Assembly: GCA_902799685.1 (NCBI GenBank)
Contig: CADCBO010000011.1
Location: 1,524 to 65,523 of the forward strand
DNA length: 64,000 nucleotides
Source of the DNA: an uncultured Bacteroidales bacterium
GTDB lineage: Bacteria; Bacteroidota; Bacteroidia; Bacteroidales; Bacteroidaceae
Reading direction: 5' to 3'
In this document: positions 54,274 through 64,000 of the stretch, one piece after another
Layout of the letters: each line of letters opens with the position of its first letter
How positions within the stretch are numbered: the first letter of the stretch is position 1
Notes under the pieces: model-generated
Databases searched by the model: none
What the model was told of the DNA's origin: nothing
What the model saw: only the letters and a program-made list of their open reading frames with translations
Position numbers and translations under genes: made by a program

Positions 54274-55512
54274 CTATTCAAAACGGATTGACTTGGATGG
54301 AACGATTCTTGAAATGACCGTACAAGGAATAAGCATCATAAGCATGGAAACCATGAACATCACCACGTTCAGGATTATTAGCCACCACAAACCCACCTGC
54401 ATGGGGACACAATCAAGATAGTAATTGGCGGGATCAAGCGGTATGATGCGGAACCACTGCTGCGCAAGACAGATTACCAATCCCGCAATATTGCCTATGA
54501 CCATACCTTTGATGATAATGTATGATGCCAGACGCATGAAAACGCCACGGACCATGCCGTTTGACGCACCCATTGATTTTAAGGTTCCTATGGTAGCCGT
54601 ACGCTCAAATATGATTATGAGCAGGCCCGATATCATTGAGAATACGGCAATACCTATCATAAGTGCAAGTATTATCCATACGTTCAGGTCCAGCACATCA
54701 AGCCACGCGAACAGGCCGGAATGCGTATCATACATAGTCTGCACCAGATAGTCCTCATCAGTATGTTTCTCCAGTTCCACCAGGACCTCACGAACCTGTC
54801 CGTAACCGTAACTAATCCTGTCAACATCGGTAATGCATATCTCAAGACCGCTGTACTGGTCAGGCTCCCAATCATTCAGACGCTGGAGCAACTGGAGTTC
54901 AGTTATGCCGAACATACGGTCATACTCTATGAATCCTGTCTCATAAATACCTGTAACCGTGAGACGGCGCATGCGAACCTGCTCCTGCATGAAATAGACA
55001 TCGGCTTTGGAGCCCACGTCCAGTCCTAGCATATCGGCAATGGTCCGGGATAGTATTATCCAGTTGTTACCCAACGAATCCTGCGGCTCTGGAAAACCGC
55101 CCCGCTGCATGTATTTATTCAGGAATGTGCGGTCATAACCGGAGTCTATACCCTTGAGCATGAAACCATGGAACGCCTCATCGGTACGGATTATACATGA
55201 CTTGTTTACGTATGGCTGGACATGCTCTATCAGGCTCTTGGCCAGAAATGCGTTCATTGTAGAGTCTGTGCATGTTATAGGATCCTCAACCAAGCCCGTC
55301 CCCACGTAATAGTTGGTAACGGTAATATGCTGTGAAAAGCCCATGACCTTGTCACGAATCTGGCTCTTGAAACCGCGGGTCACGGCCATTGTGATTATCA
55401 TCACGGCCAATCCTACGGCAATACCCAGAGTGGCAATGATTATGGCCGGACGGGAGCCGCCTTTCACGCCCTCATCCCTACCATATAATCGTTTGGCCAG
55501 AAATCTCTCCAT
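54274..55512 (-). CDS. FtsX-family ABC permease (LolC/E-like)
   Basis: TM1, a MacB-type periplasmic domain, and three C-terminal TM segments (FtsX domain). Length is 412 aa. Confidence 0.75.
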   Translation of the reverse strand: MERFLAKRLYGRDEGVKGGSRPAIIIATLGIAVGLAVMIITMAVTRGFKSQIRDKVMGFSQHITVTNYYVGTGLVEDPITCTDSTMNAFLAKSLIEHVQPYVNKSCIIRTDEAFHGFMLKGIDSGYDRTFLNKYMQRGGFPEPQDSLGNNWIILSRTIADMLGLDVGSKADVYFMQEQVRMRRLTVTGIYETGFIEYDRMFGITELQLLQRLNDWEPDQYSGLEICITDVDRISYGYGQVREVLVELEKHTDEDYLVQTMYDTHSGLFAWLDVLDLNVWIILALMIGIAVFSMISGLLIIIFERTATIGTLKSMGASNGMVRGVFMRLASYIIIKGMVIGNIAGLVICLAQQWFRIIPLDPANYYLDCVPMQVGLWWLIILNVVMFMVSMLMMLIPCTVISRIVPSKSIRFE

Positions 55513-55598
55513 ATCAGGATGCGAAGATATACATTTTATGCCGAAAAGGTAGGCTTTTATTACTACTGTTGTTTAACTTTACGCATCATTACAGAACA

Positions 55599-58124
55599 AT
55601 GCTTATGAAACGTTTCATACACATACTTTTACTGCTTTTGGCTTTTACAGCATCGGACGTTTATTCAAGAGAGACCATCAACTTCAATAAAGACTGGAAA
55701 TTCAGCCTGAACATTGATGAGAGCGCCAATCCGGCCGCAATTGATTATGATGACAGCGGCTGGCGCACCCTTGACGTACCTCATGACTGGGCCATCGAGG
55801 GTGACTTTGACAAGCACAACCCTTCCGGCACAGGCGGCGGCGCACTACCCGGCGGCATAGGCTGGTACCGCAAAAGCTTTAAGGCCGACAAGAAAGACCG
55901 CGGCCAGGTATTCATGATAGAATTTGACGGCGTCTATATGAACAGCAGTGTCTGGATCAACGGATATCTGCTGGGTACACGCCCCTACGGCTACATATCA
56001 TTCGGCTATTATCTGACTGATTACATCAACTGGGGAGGCGACAACGTGATAGCCGTCCGGGTCGATAACTCCGACCAGCCCAACAGCCGCTGGTACTCGG
56101 GCTGCGGTATTTACCGTGACGTAAGGATTGTAAAACTCAATCCTGTACATATTCCGCAATGGGGAACATATGTTACTTCCTATGTCAATCCCGACGGAAC
56201 AGCTACCGTTAAGGTCAATTACGAGATGGTCAATCATAATCCTCCCGAAAATGCTGTAACTGTAAAACAAACCATATTTGATGCAGACAACAAAATCGTT
56301 GCTAAGACACAATCATCCAAGATTCACGTTTGGAACACTGCATTTACTCAAGAAAGGACAGATACATTACAGATAGACAACCCGGTATTATGGAGTTTGG
56401 AAAGACCCTACCTTTACACCATAACAACCGACATTTATGACTACGACGGAAATAAGTTATTAGACAGTTACAGCACAGCATTCGGAATACGTACCATTGA
56501 GTTCCGAGCCGACAGCGGTTTCTGGCTTAATGGAGAACATGTTCGCATAAACGGAGTCTGCAACCATCATGACCTGGGCTGCCTGGGTGCAGCAACCAAT
56601 GAGCGCGCCATAGAGCGCCAACTGGAGATACTCAAAGCAATGGGCTGCAACGGGATCCGTTGCTCACATAACCCGCCCTCACCCATACTTCTGGACCTGT
56701 GCGACCGCATGGGATTCCTGGTAATGGATGAGGCATTTGACATGTGGCGCCGCCGCAAGACCGACCGCGACTACGCCCGCTTCTTTGATGAGTGGTTTGA
56801 GGAAGACCTTACTGATATGATACTGCGTGACCGCAACCACCCCAGTATAGTGCTGTGGAGCATAGGCAATGAAGTGCTTGAACAGTGGTCCGATGCTAAA
56901 GCTGACACATTATCCCTTGAGCAGGCCAACCTTATCCTGAATATGGGACACAGTGCTGACCAACTGGCCAAGGAGGGTGAGATGTCAGTAAACTCCATGA
57001 TTACCGCCCGGCTGGCAGAGATAATCAAGGAACTTGATCCCACCCGCCCGGTAACTGCCGGCTGCAATGAACCCAGTCCTAACAACCATCTGTTCCGCTC
57101 CGGTGCCATTGACGTGATAGGCTACAACTACCATAACCAGAATGTCCCTGCAGTGCCGCGCCTGTTCCCCGGCAAGCCGTTCATCATAACCGAGAGCGTA
57201 TCGGCCCTTATGACACGCGGGTTCTACGAGATGCCGTCCGGACAGATGATGACGCGCCCCGTGCGCTGGGACCGCCCCTACTTTAACGATACATTCTCAT
57301 GCTCAGCATATGACAACGTATGCACGCCGTGGGGCAGCCATCATGAAGAGAACCTGATATTCCTGAACAAGCAGCCATTCGTGGCCGGACAGTACATCTG
57401 GACCGGATTTGACTACATTGGTGAGCCCACCCCATACGGCTGGCCCGCCCGCAGTTCATACTTTGGAATAGTTGACCTGGCGGGATTCCCAAAGGACATA
57501 TACTACCTGTACCAGTCAGAGTGGACCGACACCCCAGTGATGCACCTATTCCCCCACTGGAACTGGGAGCCAGGACAGGAGATTGACATGTGGTGTTTCT
57601 ACAATAATGCCGATGAGGTTGAACTTTACATCAACGGTGTATCACAAGGCATTCGCCGCAAGGATGCAGAGCATCTGCATGTGGTCTGGAACGTGACCTT
57701 TGTGCCTGGAACAGTAAAGGTGGTGGCACGCAAAAACGGCGTTGAGACCGCCAGCCAGGAGATACATACGGCAGGTGAGCCTGCCCAGATACGTCTAACC
57801 CCGGACCGCAGCAAGATAAAGAGCAACGGTACAGACCTGAGCTTTGTGACCGTGGAGATTCTTGATAAGGACGGTAACCTGTGCCCAAATGCCGAGAATC
57901 TTGTGCAGTTCAGTATTGACGGCAAAGGCTTTATTGCCGGTGTTGACAACGGCAGCCCCATATCACTGGAGCGGTTCAAAGATAACAAGCGCAAAGCTTT
58001 CTACGGAAAGTGTCTAGTGGTTTTACAGAATAATGGCAAGAAGGGAAAGATAAAGCTTAGCGCGGTATCTGACGGACTTAAAGATGCACACATTGCAGTA
58101 AATTGTGCACCAAAGGCCAAATAG
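55599..58124 (+). CDS. Glycoside hydrolase family 2 (beta-galactosidase-like)
   Basis: Signal peptide. GH2 sugar-binding and TIM-barrel regions, with the acid/base motif NHPSIVLWSIGNE. Start moved to the Met preceding the signal peptide. Confidence 0.85.
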   Translation: MLMKRFIHILLLLLAFTASDVYSRETINFNKDWKFSLNIDESANPAAIDYDDSGWRTLDVPHDWAIEGDFDKHNPSGTGGGALPGGIGWYRKSFKADKKDRGQVFMIEFDGVYMNSSVWINGYLLGTRPYGYISFGYYLTDYINWGGDNVIAVRVDNSDQPNSRWYSGCGIYRDVRIVKLNPVHIPQWGTYVTSYVNPDGTATVKVNYEMVNHNPPENAVTVKQTIFDADNKIVAKTQSSKIHVWNTAFTQERTDTLQIDNPVLWSLERPYLYTITTDIYDYDGNKLLDSYSTAFGIRTIEFRADSGFWLNGEHVRINGVCNHHDLGCLGAATNERAIERQLEILKAMGCNGIRCSHNPPSPILLDLCDRMGFLVMDEAFDMWRRRKTDRDYARFFDEWFEEDLTDMILRDRNHPSIVLWSIGNEVLEQWSDAKADTLSLEQANLILNMGHSADQLAKEGEMSVNSMITARLAEIIKELDPTRPVTAGCNEPSPNNHLFRSGAIDVIGYNYHNQNVPAVPRLFPGKPFIITESVSALMTRGFYEMPSGQMMTRPVRWDRPYFNDTFSCSAYDNVCTPWGSHHEENLIFLNKQPFVAGQYIWTGFDYIGEPTPYGWPARSSYFGIVDLAGFPKDIYYLYQSEWTDTPVMHLFPHWNWEPGQEIDMWCFYNNADEVELYINGVSQGIRRKDAEHLHVVWNVTFVPGTVKVVARKNGVETASQEIHTAGEPAQIRLTPDRSKIKSNGTDLSFVTVEILDKDGNLCPNAENLVQFSIDGKGFIAGVDNGSPISLERFKDNKRKAFYGKCLVVLQNNGKKGKIKLSAVSDGLKDAHIAVNCAPKAK

Positions 58125-58159
58125 TTGCTCTCAGAGTGCATATAGTAACGGGTACAAAG

Positions 58160-58167
58160 TAACTTTG
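58160..58167 (+). promoter_or_regulatory. Candidate -7 box TAACTTTG for yggS
   Basis: Exact TAnnTTTG 18 nt upstream of the ATG at 58185. Confidence 0.35.
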
Positions 58168-58184
58168 CAGCGCTTTCCAATAAT

Positions 58185-58865
58185 ATGGACATAAAAGATA
58201 ACCTGAACAGGATCAAGGCCACGCTCCCTCAAGGAGTAAGGCTCGTGGCAGTATCAAAAACCCATCCGGCCGAGATGCTCATGGAGGCGTATGATGCCGG
58301 ACAACGCATTTTCGGTGAGAACAAGGTACAGGAGATGACCGCTAAAAGCCAGGTCCTGCCCGCAGATATAGAGTGGCATTTCATAGGCCATGTACAGAGC
58401 AACAAAATCAAGATGATGGCTCCGTTCGTATCGGTCATACAAGGTGTCGATACATATGACAAACTTGTGGAAATTGACCGTCAGGCCGCACGATTCAACC
58501 GACATATAACCTGCTATCTGCAACTGCACATTGCCAGTGAGGAGACCAAGTTCGGATTCACTCCCGATGAATGCACAGCCATGCTGGAGCAGGGAGACTG
58601 GAAGAATCTTAAGAACATCACCATAGGCGGTGTAATGGGAATGGCCACAAACACTGATGATGAGGCTCAGGTGCGCCGCGAATTCGGCCGTCTTAAGGAA
58701 ATCTTTGATACTTATAAGCTGAAATACTTTGCAGGCAGCAGTGATTTCAACACCATATCGGCCGGTATGAGCGGTGATTACAAACTGGCTATTGAGGCCG
58801 GCAGTAATATGGTTCGTATAGGCAGTTCCATTTTTGGAGAGAGAAACTACAATTTGAACAAATAA
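58185..58865 (+). CDS. yggS: YggS-family PLP-binding (PLP homeostasis) protein
   Basis: PLP-Lys context RLVAVSKTHP. Length is 226 aa. Confidence 0.9.
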   Translation: MDIKDNLNRIKATLPQGVRLVAVSKTHPAEMLMEAYDAGQRIFGENKVQEMTAKSQVLPADIEWHFIGHVQSNKIKMMAPFVSVIQGVDTYDKLVEIDRQAARFNRHITCYLQLHIASEETKFGFTPDECTAMLEQGDWKNLKNITIGGVMGMATNTDDEAQVRREFGRLKEIFDTYKLKYFAGSSDFNTISAGMSGDYKLAIEAGSNMVRIGSSIFGERNYNLNK

Positions 58866-58883
58866 TTGAATAACTTTACCACC

Positions 58884-60575
58884 ATGATAGATCATTACGA
58901 CAGATCGGATAACGTATTCACCGAGAAGAACCTGAATGCCTATATCAGCAGTTCCATTATCAAGAACTGGAACCTGGAGGCATTTACCGACTATAAAGGT
59001 GCCACTTTGCTTTACCGTGACGTGGCCCGCCGCATAGCCAAGCTTCATATATTGTTTGAAGAGGCAGGGCTCAAACCCGGCGATCGCATTGCCCTGTGCG
59101 GCAAGAACAGTTCCAACTGGGGTACGGCATGTCTGGCTGCAATTACATACGGTGCCGTAGCAGTACCTATCCTTCATGAGTTCAAGGCCGACAACATACA
59201 CCATATCATAAACCACTCGGAAACCAAGCTCTTCTTTGCAGGAGATCAGATATGGGAGAACCTGAACGAGGCCTCCATGCCAAATGTGGAGGGTATCATA
59301 ACGCTTGATGAGTTCCAGCTGGTCATATCCCGCAACGAGAAACTGACATACGCCCGCGAGCATCTGAATGAGCTGTTCGGACGCAAGTACCCAAAGGAGT
59401 TTACTGCTAAGGATGTCAAATACTATGAGACAGGTTTTGACGATATGGCCATGATAAACTACACATCGGGCTCTACAGGTTTCTCAAAAGGTGTCATGCT
59501 GCCCTACCGTTCACTGATAAGCAACCATCTGTTTGCACTCAAGGCGCTTTATTCAATGAAGCCGGGCGACAAGATCATTTCCATGCTTCCCATGGCACAC
59601 ATGTACGGATTCGCGTTCGAATTCTTCCATGAGTTCCTGGAAGGATGCCACGTATATTTCCTTACCCGTCTGCCCAGCCCCAAGATCATATTCCAGGCAC
59701 TGGGAGAAATCAAACCCATGCTTATTGTTTCAGTACCTCTGGTAATTGAGAAGATCATAAAGAAGAACATACTGCCCAAGCTTGAAACTCCGCAGATGAA
59801 ATTCCTGCTCAAGGTGCCTATCGTAAATGACCAGATCAAGAAGAAGGTATGCGAGGAGATGATAAAGGGATTCGGAGGCAACTTCTATGAGGTTATCCTG
59901 GGTGGTGCCCCGTTCAACCAGGAGGTTGAGAAGTTCATATCATCAATACGGTTTCCCTACACCGTTGGCTATGGCGCAACCGAGTGCGGTCCTATCATTG
60001 CATATGATGACAAGGCAACCTTTGCCCCCGGTTCATGCGGCAAACCTGTACCAAACATGGAGGTCAAGATATTGAGCAATGACCCGGAAAACGTGCCCGG
60101 CGAGATTATCTGCCGCGGCCCCAACGTGATGCTGGGCTACTACAAGAACGAAAAGCTTACAGAAGAGACCATTGACCCCGAAGGCTGGATGTACACAGGC
60201 GATCTGGGTATCATGGACAAGGACGGCAACATATTCATAAAGGGACGCAGCAAGAGCATGATTCTGGGACCTTCTGGCCAGAACATCTATCCGGAGGAGA
60301 TTGAGGATCACCTGAACAACATGCCGCTGGTAAATGAATCTGTGGTAATATCCGAGAGCGACAAGCTGGTTGCCTTGGTCTATCCCGATTTTGACGAGGC
60401 CATGAAGACCGGCATGACCGATGAGCAGATAGCCGAGGTCATGGAACAGAACCGTCAGGAGCTGAACAACATACTGCCCGCCTACGAGAAGATATCGCAG
60501 ATACGTATATATCACGAGGAGTTCGAGAAGACTCCCAAAAAGAGCATCAAGCGCTTCCTCTACCAGAAAGAATGA
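58884..60575 (+). CDS. AMP-dependent synthetase / long-chain-fatty-acid--CoA ligase
   Basis: AMP-binding motif YTSGSTGFSKGV, plus TGDLG and PKKSIKR. The ATG at 58884 is preferred; the ORF track started at the TTG at 58866. Confidence 0.85.
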   Translation: MIDHYDRSDNVFTEKNLNAYISSSIIKNWNLEAFTDYKGATLLYRDVARRIAKLHILFEEAGLKPGDRIALCGKNSSNWGTACLAAITYGAVAVPILHEFKADNIHHIINHSETKLFFAGDQIWENLNEASMPNVEGIITLDEFQLVISRNEKLTYAREHLNELFGRKYPKEFTAKDVKYYETGFDDMAMINYTSGSTGFSKGVMLPYRSLISNHLFALKALYSMKPGDKIISMLPMAHMYGFAFEFFHEFLEGCHVYFLTRLPSPKIIFQALGEIKPMLIVSVPLVIEKIIKKNILPKLETPQMKFLLKVPIVNDQIKKKVCEEMIKGFGGNFYEVILGGAPFNQEVEKFISSIRFPYTVGYGATECGPIIAYDDKATFAPGSCGKPVPNMEVKILSNDPENVPGEIICRGPNVMLGYYKNEKLTEETIDPEGWMYTGDLGIMDKDGNIFIKGRSKSMILGPSGQNIYPEEIEDHLNNMPLVNESVVISESDKLVALVYPDFDEAMKTGMTDEQIAEVMEQNRQELNNILPAYEKISQIRIYHEEFEKTPKKSIKRFLYQKE

Positions 60576-60600
60576 TTATTTAATAAACAGACTTCATATT

Positions 60601-61317
60601 ATGAAAAGAAACAAAGAAATCAAGAATGACGCATTAAAGGCGTTGCAAGGTCACTGGGGATGGGCAATCCTGGTATGCCTTGTTTTTAATGCAATTGAGT
60701 GCCTCATTGTGGCTCCCAGTGCATTTTCAAGCGGCATTATGAGCGGTATGGGTACAGCATTTTCTGATCCTGCCGCAATAGCTACTATGATGGGTACCAA
60801 CATGCTGTTATCTTCAGTCTCAACACTGGGCGGTATTTTTGGTACCAATCCGTTAAATCTGGGATTATCAAACTCTCTGAAACTGTTCGTAAAGGACTCA
60901 GATACACAGACAATACCCAATATGTTCAAAATGGGATTCGGTGGAGGCCGTTACTGGCGTAATGTGCTGGGTATGTTCCTTATGGGATTATTCACATTCC
61001 TGTGGACTCTGCTGTTCATCATTCCCGGTATCATCAAGTCATACGCATACGCAATGACTCCCTATATCCTTGTTGACAACCCGGAGCTGAGCCCCAATGA
61101 GGCCCGCCTCAAGAGTATTGAGATTATGCGCGGACACAAATGGAAATACTTTGGCCTGCAGCTCAGTTTCATAGGTTGGTTCCTGCTCTGCATACTCTCA
61201 TTAGGTGTAGGTTTCATTTGGCTCATGCCTTATGTAAGAACTTCATACGCAGCATTCTACCTCAACCTTAAAGAGGAAATGGAATTGAAAGCAGCTCCTG
61301 CAGTACCTGCAGAATGA
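60601..61317 (+). CDS. DUF975-family integral membrane protein
   Basis: Several TM segments and the stretch YAMTPYILVDNPELSPNEA...MRGHKWKYF..LSFIGW, which resembles DUF975. Confidence 0.65.
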   Translation: MKRNKEIKNDALKALQGHWGWAILVCLVFNAIECLIVAPSAFSSGIMSGMGTAFSDPAAIATMMGTNMLLSSVSTLGGIFGTNPLNLGLSNSLKLFVKDSDTQTIPNMFKMGFGGGRYWRNVLGMFLMGLFTFLWTLLFIIPGIIKSYAYAMTPYILVDNPELSPNEARLKSIEIMRGHKWKYFGLQLSFIGWFLLCILSLGVGFIWLMPYVRTSYAAFYLNLKEEMELKAAPAVPAE

Positions 61318-61334
61318 CTACATTTCAGCATATT

Positions 61335-61375
61335 AAGAAATCGGCCGGAAATAATCCGGCCGATTTCTTTTTTTA
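61335..61375. terminator. Bidirectional intrinsic terminator between the DUF975 gene and lepA
   Basis: Perfect 15-bp stem aagaaatcggccgga / tccggccgatttctt with loop aataa, followed by a T run. Confidence 0.8.
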
Positions 61376-63154
61376 GTCTAGCTTCAATACCGCCAGGAAG
61401 GCTTTCTGCGGTACCTCCACATTACCTATCTGTTTCATGCGTTTCTTGCCCTTCTTCTGCTTTTCCAGAAGCTTGCGCTTACGTGACACGTCACCGCCGT
61501 AGCACTTGGCCGTCACATCCTTACGTACCTGCTTGATGGTCTCGCGGGCAATGATCTTGGAGCCGATAGCTGCCTGGATTGCAATGTCAAACTGCTGACG
61601 CGGAATGAGTTCCTTGAGTTTCTCGCACATGCGTCGGCCCAGGTCATAGGCATTGTCCACGTGGGTAAGGGTTGAAAGGGCATCAACCGGCTCACCGTTA
61701 AGCAGAATATCCAGCTTGATGAGTTTTGAAGGACGGTATCCTGCAGGATGATAATCAAATGATGCGTATCCCTTTGAAATGCTCTTGAGCTTGTCATAGA
61801 AATCAATCACTATCTCACCCAGAGGCAGTTTGAAGTATATCTCTACGCGGTTACCGGCTATGAACTGCTGCTTTACCAGCTCTCCGCGCTTGTCAAGGCA
61901 CAGAGTCATGATGGGGCCTATGTAATCGGTCGTGGTGATTATCGATGCGTCAATATAGGGTTCCTCAATGTGGTCAATCAGCGTAAGGTCAGGCATACCG
62001 CTGGGATTATGCACCTCAGTCGCGTTACCCTGCTTGTCATACACCATATATGATACGTTTGGCACGGTGGTAATCACGCTCATGTCAAACTCGCGGTCCA
62101 GACGTTCCTGCACAATCTCCATATGCAACAGGCCCAGAAATCCGCAACGGAATCCGAATCCCAGCGCAGCAGATGACTCGGGGAAGAAACTGAGTGAGGC
62201 ATCGTTAAGCTGCAGTTTTTCAAGTGATGCACGCAGGTCCTCAAACTCATCAGCCTCAATGGGATAGACGCCGGCAAACACCATAGGCTTGGACTCTTCG
62301 AATCCGGCAATAGCACTGCTACAGGGACGGGCCACATGGGTAATGGTATCTCCCACCTTGACTTCGGTCGATGTCTTTATGCCCGATATGATATAGCCCA
62401 CATCGCCTGTGGTCATCACGTCGCGCGGCACCATAACCATCCGGAGCACGCCTACTTCATCGGCATCATACTCCTTACCGGTATTGAAGAACTTAACCTT
62501 GTCGCCCTTGCGGATGCAGCCGTTCTCAATCTTGAAGTATGCTATGATTCCGCGGAAAGAGTTGAATACGGAGTCGAAAATGAGAGCCTGGAGCGGAGCA
62601 TTGGGATCACCTACGGGATGCGGAATGCGCTCCACGATTGCCTGCAGAATCTCTTCCACTCCCATTCCGGTACGGGCCGATGCCCGGATAATCTCTTCAC
62701 GCTTGCAACCCAGCAGCTCTATGATCTCATCCTCAACCTCATCGGGCATGGCGCTCTGCATATCGCACTTATTTATGACCGGAATGATCTCCAAATCATG
62801 GTCGATGGCCATGTAGAGGTTGCTGATGGTCTGCGCCTGCACGCCCTGTGTGGCATCGACCACCAGAATTGCGCCCTCACAGGCTGCGATTGAACGGCTC
62901 ACCTCATATGAGAAATCCACATGTCCCGGAGTGTCAATAAGGTTCAAGATGTATTTCTGTCCCTGATACTCATACTCCATCTGGATGGCGTGACTCTTGA
63001 TTGTGATGCCGCGCTCCTTCTCCAGGTCCATGTCATCAAGCATCTGACCCTCTGTAATGTTTATGGTATGAGTAAATTCCAGCAAGCGGTCAGCCAGCGT
63101 TGACTTACCGTGATCAATATGAGCAATAATGCAGAAATTGCGGATGTTCTCCAT
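61373..63154 (-). CDS. lepA: Translation elongation factor 4
   Basis: G motifs [14 protein letters not shown] and NKCD. Starts [19 protein letters not shown]. The upstream 25 codons in the ORF track run into the palindromic repeat and are rejected. Confidence 0.95.
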   Translation of the reverse strand: MENIRNFCIIAHIDHGKSTLADRLLEFTHTINITEGQMLDDMDLEKERGITIKSHAIQMEYEYQGQKYILNLIDTPGHVDFSYEVSRSIAACEGAILVVDATQGVQAQTISNLYMAIDHDLEIIPVINKCDMQSAMPDEVEDEIIELLGCKREEIIRASARTGMGVEEILQAIVERIPHPVGDPNAPLQALIFDSVFNSFRGIIAYFKIENGCIRKGDKVKFFNTGKEYDADEVGVLRMVMVPRDVMTTGDVGYIISGIKTSTEVKVGDTITHVARPCSSAIAGFEESKPMVFAGVYPIEADEFEDLRASLEKLQLNDASLSFFPESSAALGFGFRCGFLGLLHMEIVQERLDREFDMSVITTVPNVSYMVYDKQGNATEVHNPSGMPDLTLIDHIEEPYIDASIITTTDYIGPIMTLCLDKRGELVKQQFIAGNRVEIYFKLPLGEIVIDFYDKLKSISKGYASFDYHPAGYRPSKLIKLDILLNGEPVDALSTLTHVDNAYDLGRRMCEKLKELIPRQQFDIAIQAAIGSKIIARETIKQVRKDVTAKCYGGDVSRKRKLLEKQKKGKKRMKQIGNVEVPQKAFLAVLKLD

Positions 63155-63172
63155 AGGGGTGTATTTACCCCG

Positions 63173-63180
63173 CAAAATTA
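63173..63180 (-). promoter_or_regulatory. Candidate -7 box TAATTTTG for lepA
   Basis: Plus strand reads CAAAATTA, an exact TAnnTTTG on the minus strand, 18 nt upstream of the ATG at 63154. Confidence 0.4.
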
Positions 63181-63200
63181 GTGAAAAAAGCACACAGTGC

Positions 63201-63285
63201 AAAACAGTACAAAAGGGGTCAGACCCCAATTGTACTATTTTTCAAAAATGATACAATTGGGGTCTGACCCCTTTTGTACTGTTTT
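63201..63285. repeat. Perfect inverted repeat with 34-nt arms and a 17-nt spacer
   Basis: Arm 63201-63234 (aaaacagtacaaaaggggtcagaccccaattgta) is the exact reverse complement of 63252-63285. The spacer is itself near-palindromic (atttttcaaaaat). Each arm carries its own ggggtc/gacccc mini-hairpin. Confidence 0.9.
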
Positions 63286-63286
63286 T

Positions 63287-64000
63287 CTACAGTTGGACTA
63301 CTGTGGCTTTGGGAACCTGACGCAGGATTTCAGCTTTCTGTTCATCAGTCATGGGGGCTTTGATGGTCAGGCTCTCCATTTTATTTTTACGGTACCATTT
63401 GCCCAGGTCCTGCGGTACGGTTATGGGATTTAGAGAAAGGAAAACACACTTCTTATTGTATTGTTCATCAGGATATTTAACTAACATCGGGACATCAGGA
63501 AATCCCATGTAGTACCATGTATCGGTAGTACCAAACACTGAATAAATCCCGGACATGGTAATCCACTTCTTTCCGTCGCCGTACTCATTCAGGAATTCCA
63601 CCTCACGGGGTTCCAGTTTACCCATATCCAGGCCGGAACCAATCTTTTCACGCATCATCCAACTCATGGATGGTTTCAGCGAACGGTTGTCCCAATCCAT
63701 CTCCATACCGATGAATCCGGCCCATAGCTCAAGATTATGGATTTCCTCATGATCGGGCAAAGTCATGATGTACTTGACATCGACTTTCTTTATCTCCGAG
63801 CAAACCTTCGTGTTGTGGGTAACGATACTTGGAGTACGAACCACATGAAGCGGGCCTTCAAATCCTTTCTCTTCTTCACAGAACGGGAAGAATACCGTAA
63901 ACCAACCGTTGTATTGCGCAGGAATTGTACTAGGACCGCCGCAGCCTCCCGTGCCGGATCTCTGAGGCGAGTATTCCTGTACCATATCAAGCCAGAATTT
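63287..64000 (-). CDS. Uncharacterised protein (5' end may lie beyond the window)
   Basis: The reading frame is open from the window edge to the stop at 63287. First in-window Met is at 63985. No family recognised. Confidence 0.5.
   Translation of the reverse strand, partial: KFWLDMVQEYSPQRSGTGGCGGPSTIPAQYNGWFTVFFPFCEEEKGFEGPLHVVRTPSIVTHNTKVCSEIKKVDVKYIMTLPDHEEIHNLELWAGFIGMEMDWDNRSLKPSMSWMMREKIGSGLDMGKLEPREVEFLNEYGDGKKWITMSGIYSVFGTTDTWYYMGFPDVPMLVKYPDEQYNKKCVFLSLNPITVPQDLGKWYRKNKMESLTIKAPMTDEQKAEILRQVPKATVVQL

Noticed and set aside
58254-59363. 369-aa ORF on the minus strand spanning yggS and the acyl-CoA ligase gene
   Set aside because: It is antisense to two genes with clear family motifs. 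The translation has no recognisable motif and a composition typical of a shadow frame. There is no promoter or start context.
1-64000. Scan for CRISPR arrays, transposases, integrases, phage genes, rRNA or known defence-system signatures
   Set aside because: None seen. There are no spaced direct repeats, no recombinase-like ORFs, and all large ORFs are accounted for by housekeeping or signalling families.

Overview
This 64 kb window looks like a chromosomal segment of a Bacteroidales-type (Bacteroidota) genome. It is about 95% coding. Exact TAnnTTTG -7 boxes sit upstream of most operon-leading genes, and the ileS-dksA-lspA-DUF4296 gene order is typical of the phylum. All family calls come from motifs read by eye in the supplied translations; no database search was possible. 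Most genes are housekeeping: ppdK (partial), mrcA-kdsB-glgB block, pyrBI, glyA, pdxB, uxaC, tRNA-Lys(CTT), ileS, lspA, hisHAF-IE, lysC-lysA, yggS, fadD-like and lepA. I found no transposase, integrase, CRISPR array, rRNA or recognisable defence island. Two regions stand out. (1) 46.5-54.2 kb is a seven-gene, same-strand, overlapping run. It contains an orphan NMT1-type binding protein, a Cache-like/HAMP/PP2C/RsbW-like fusion, a K+/H+ antiporter, a STAS antagonist, a synthetase-only RelA/SpoT protein, an HD hydrolase-only protein and an APH-fold kinase. This is a partner-switching module with no sigma factor, physically coupled to alarmone metabolism and ion transport, and it is my best candidate for an undescribed system. 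(2) 13.7-23.5 kb holds two convergent operons. One encodes a fimbrillin-like lipoprotein, a membrane-anchored AraC regulator and two receiver-only response regulators. The other encodes two tandem paralogous histidine kinases with binding-protein-like sensor domains, a kinase-less TPR/TM protein and a small membrane protein. Their promoters share a 13-nt motif. Smaller oddities are an inverted degenerate copy of the tRNA-Lys 3' end, a GC-rich structured element bracketed by two terminator hairpins, and a perfect 34-nt-arm inverted repeat upstream of lepA.
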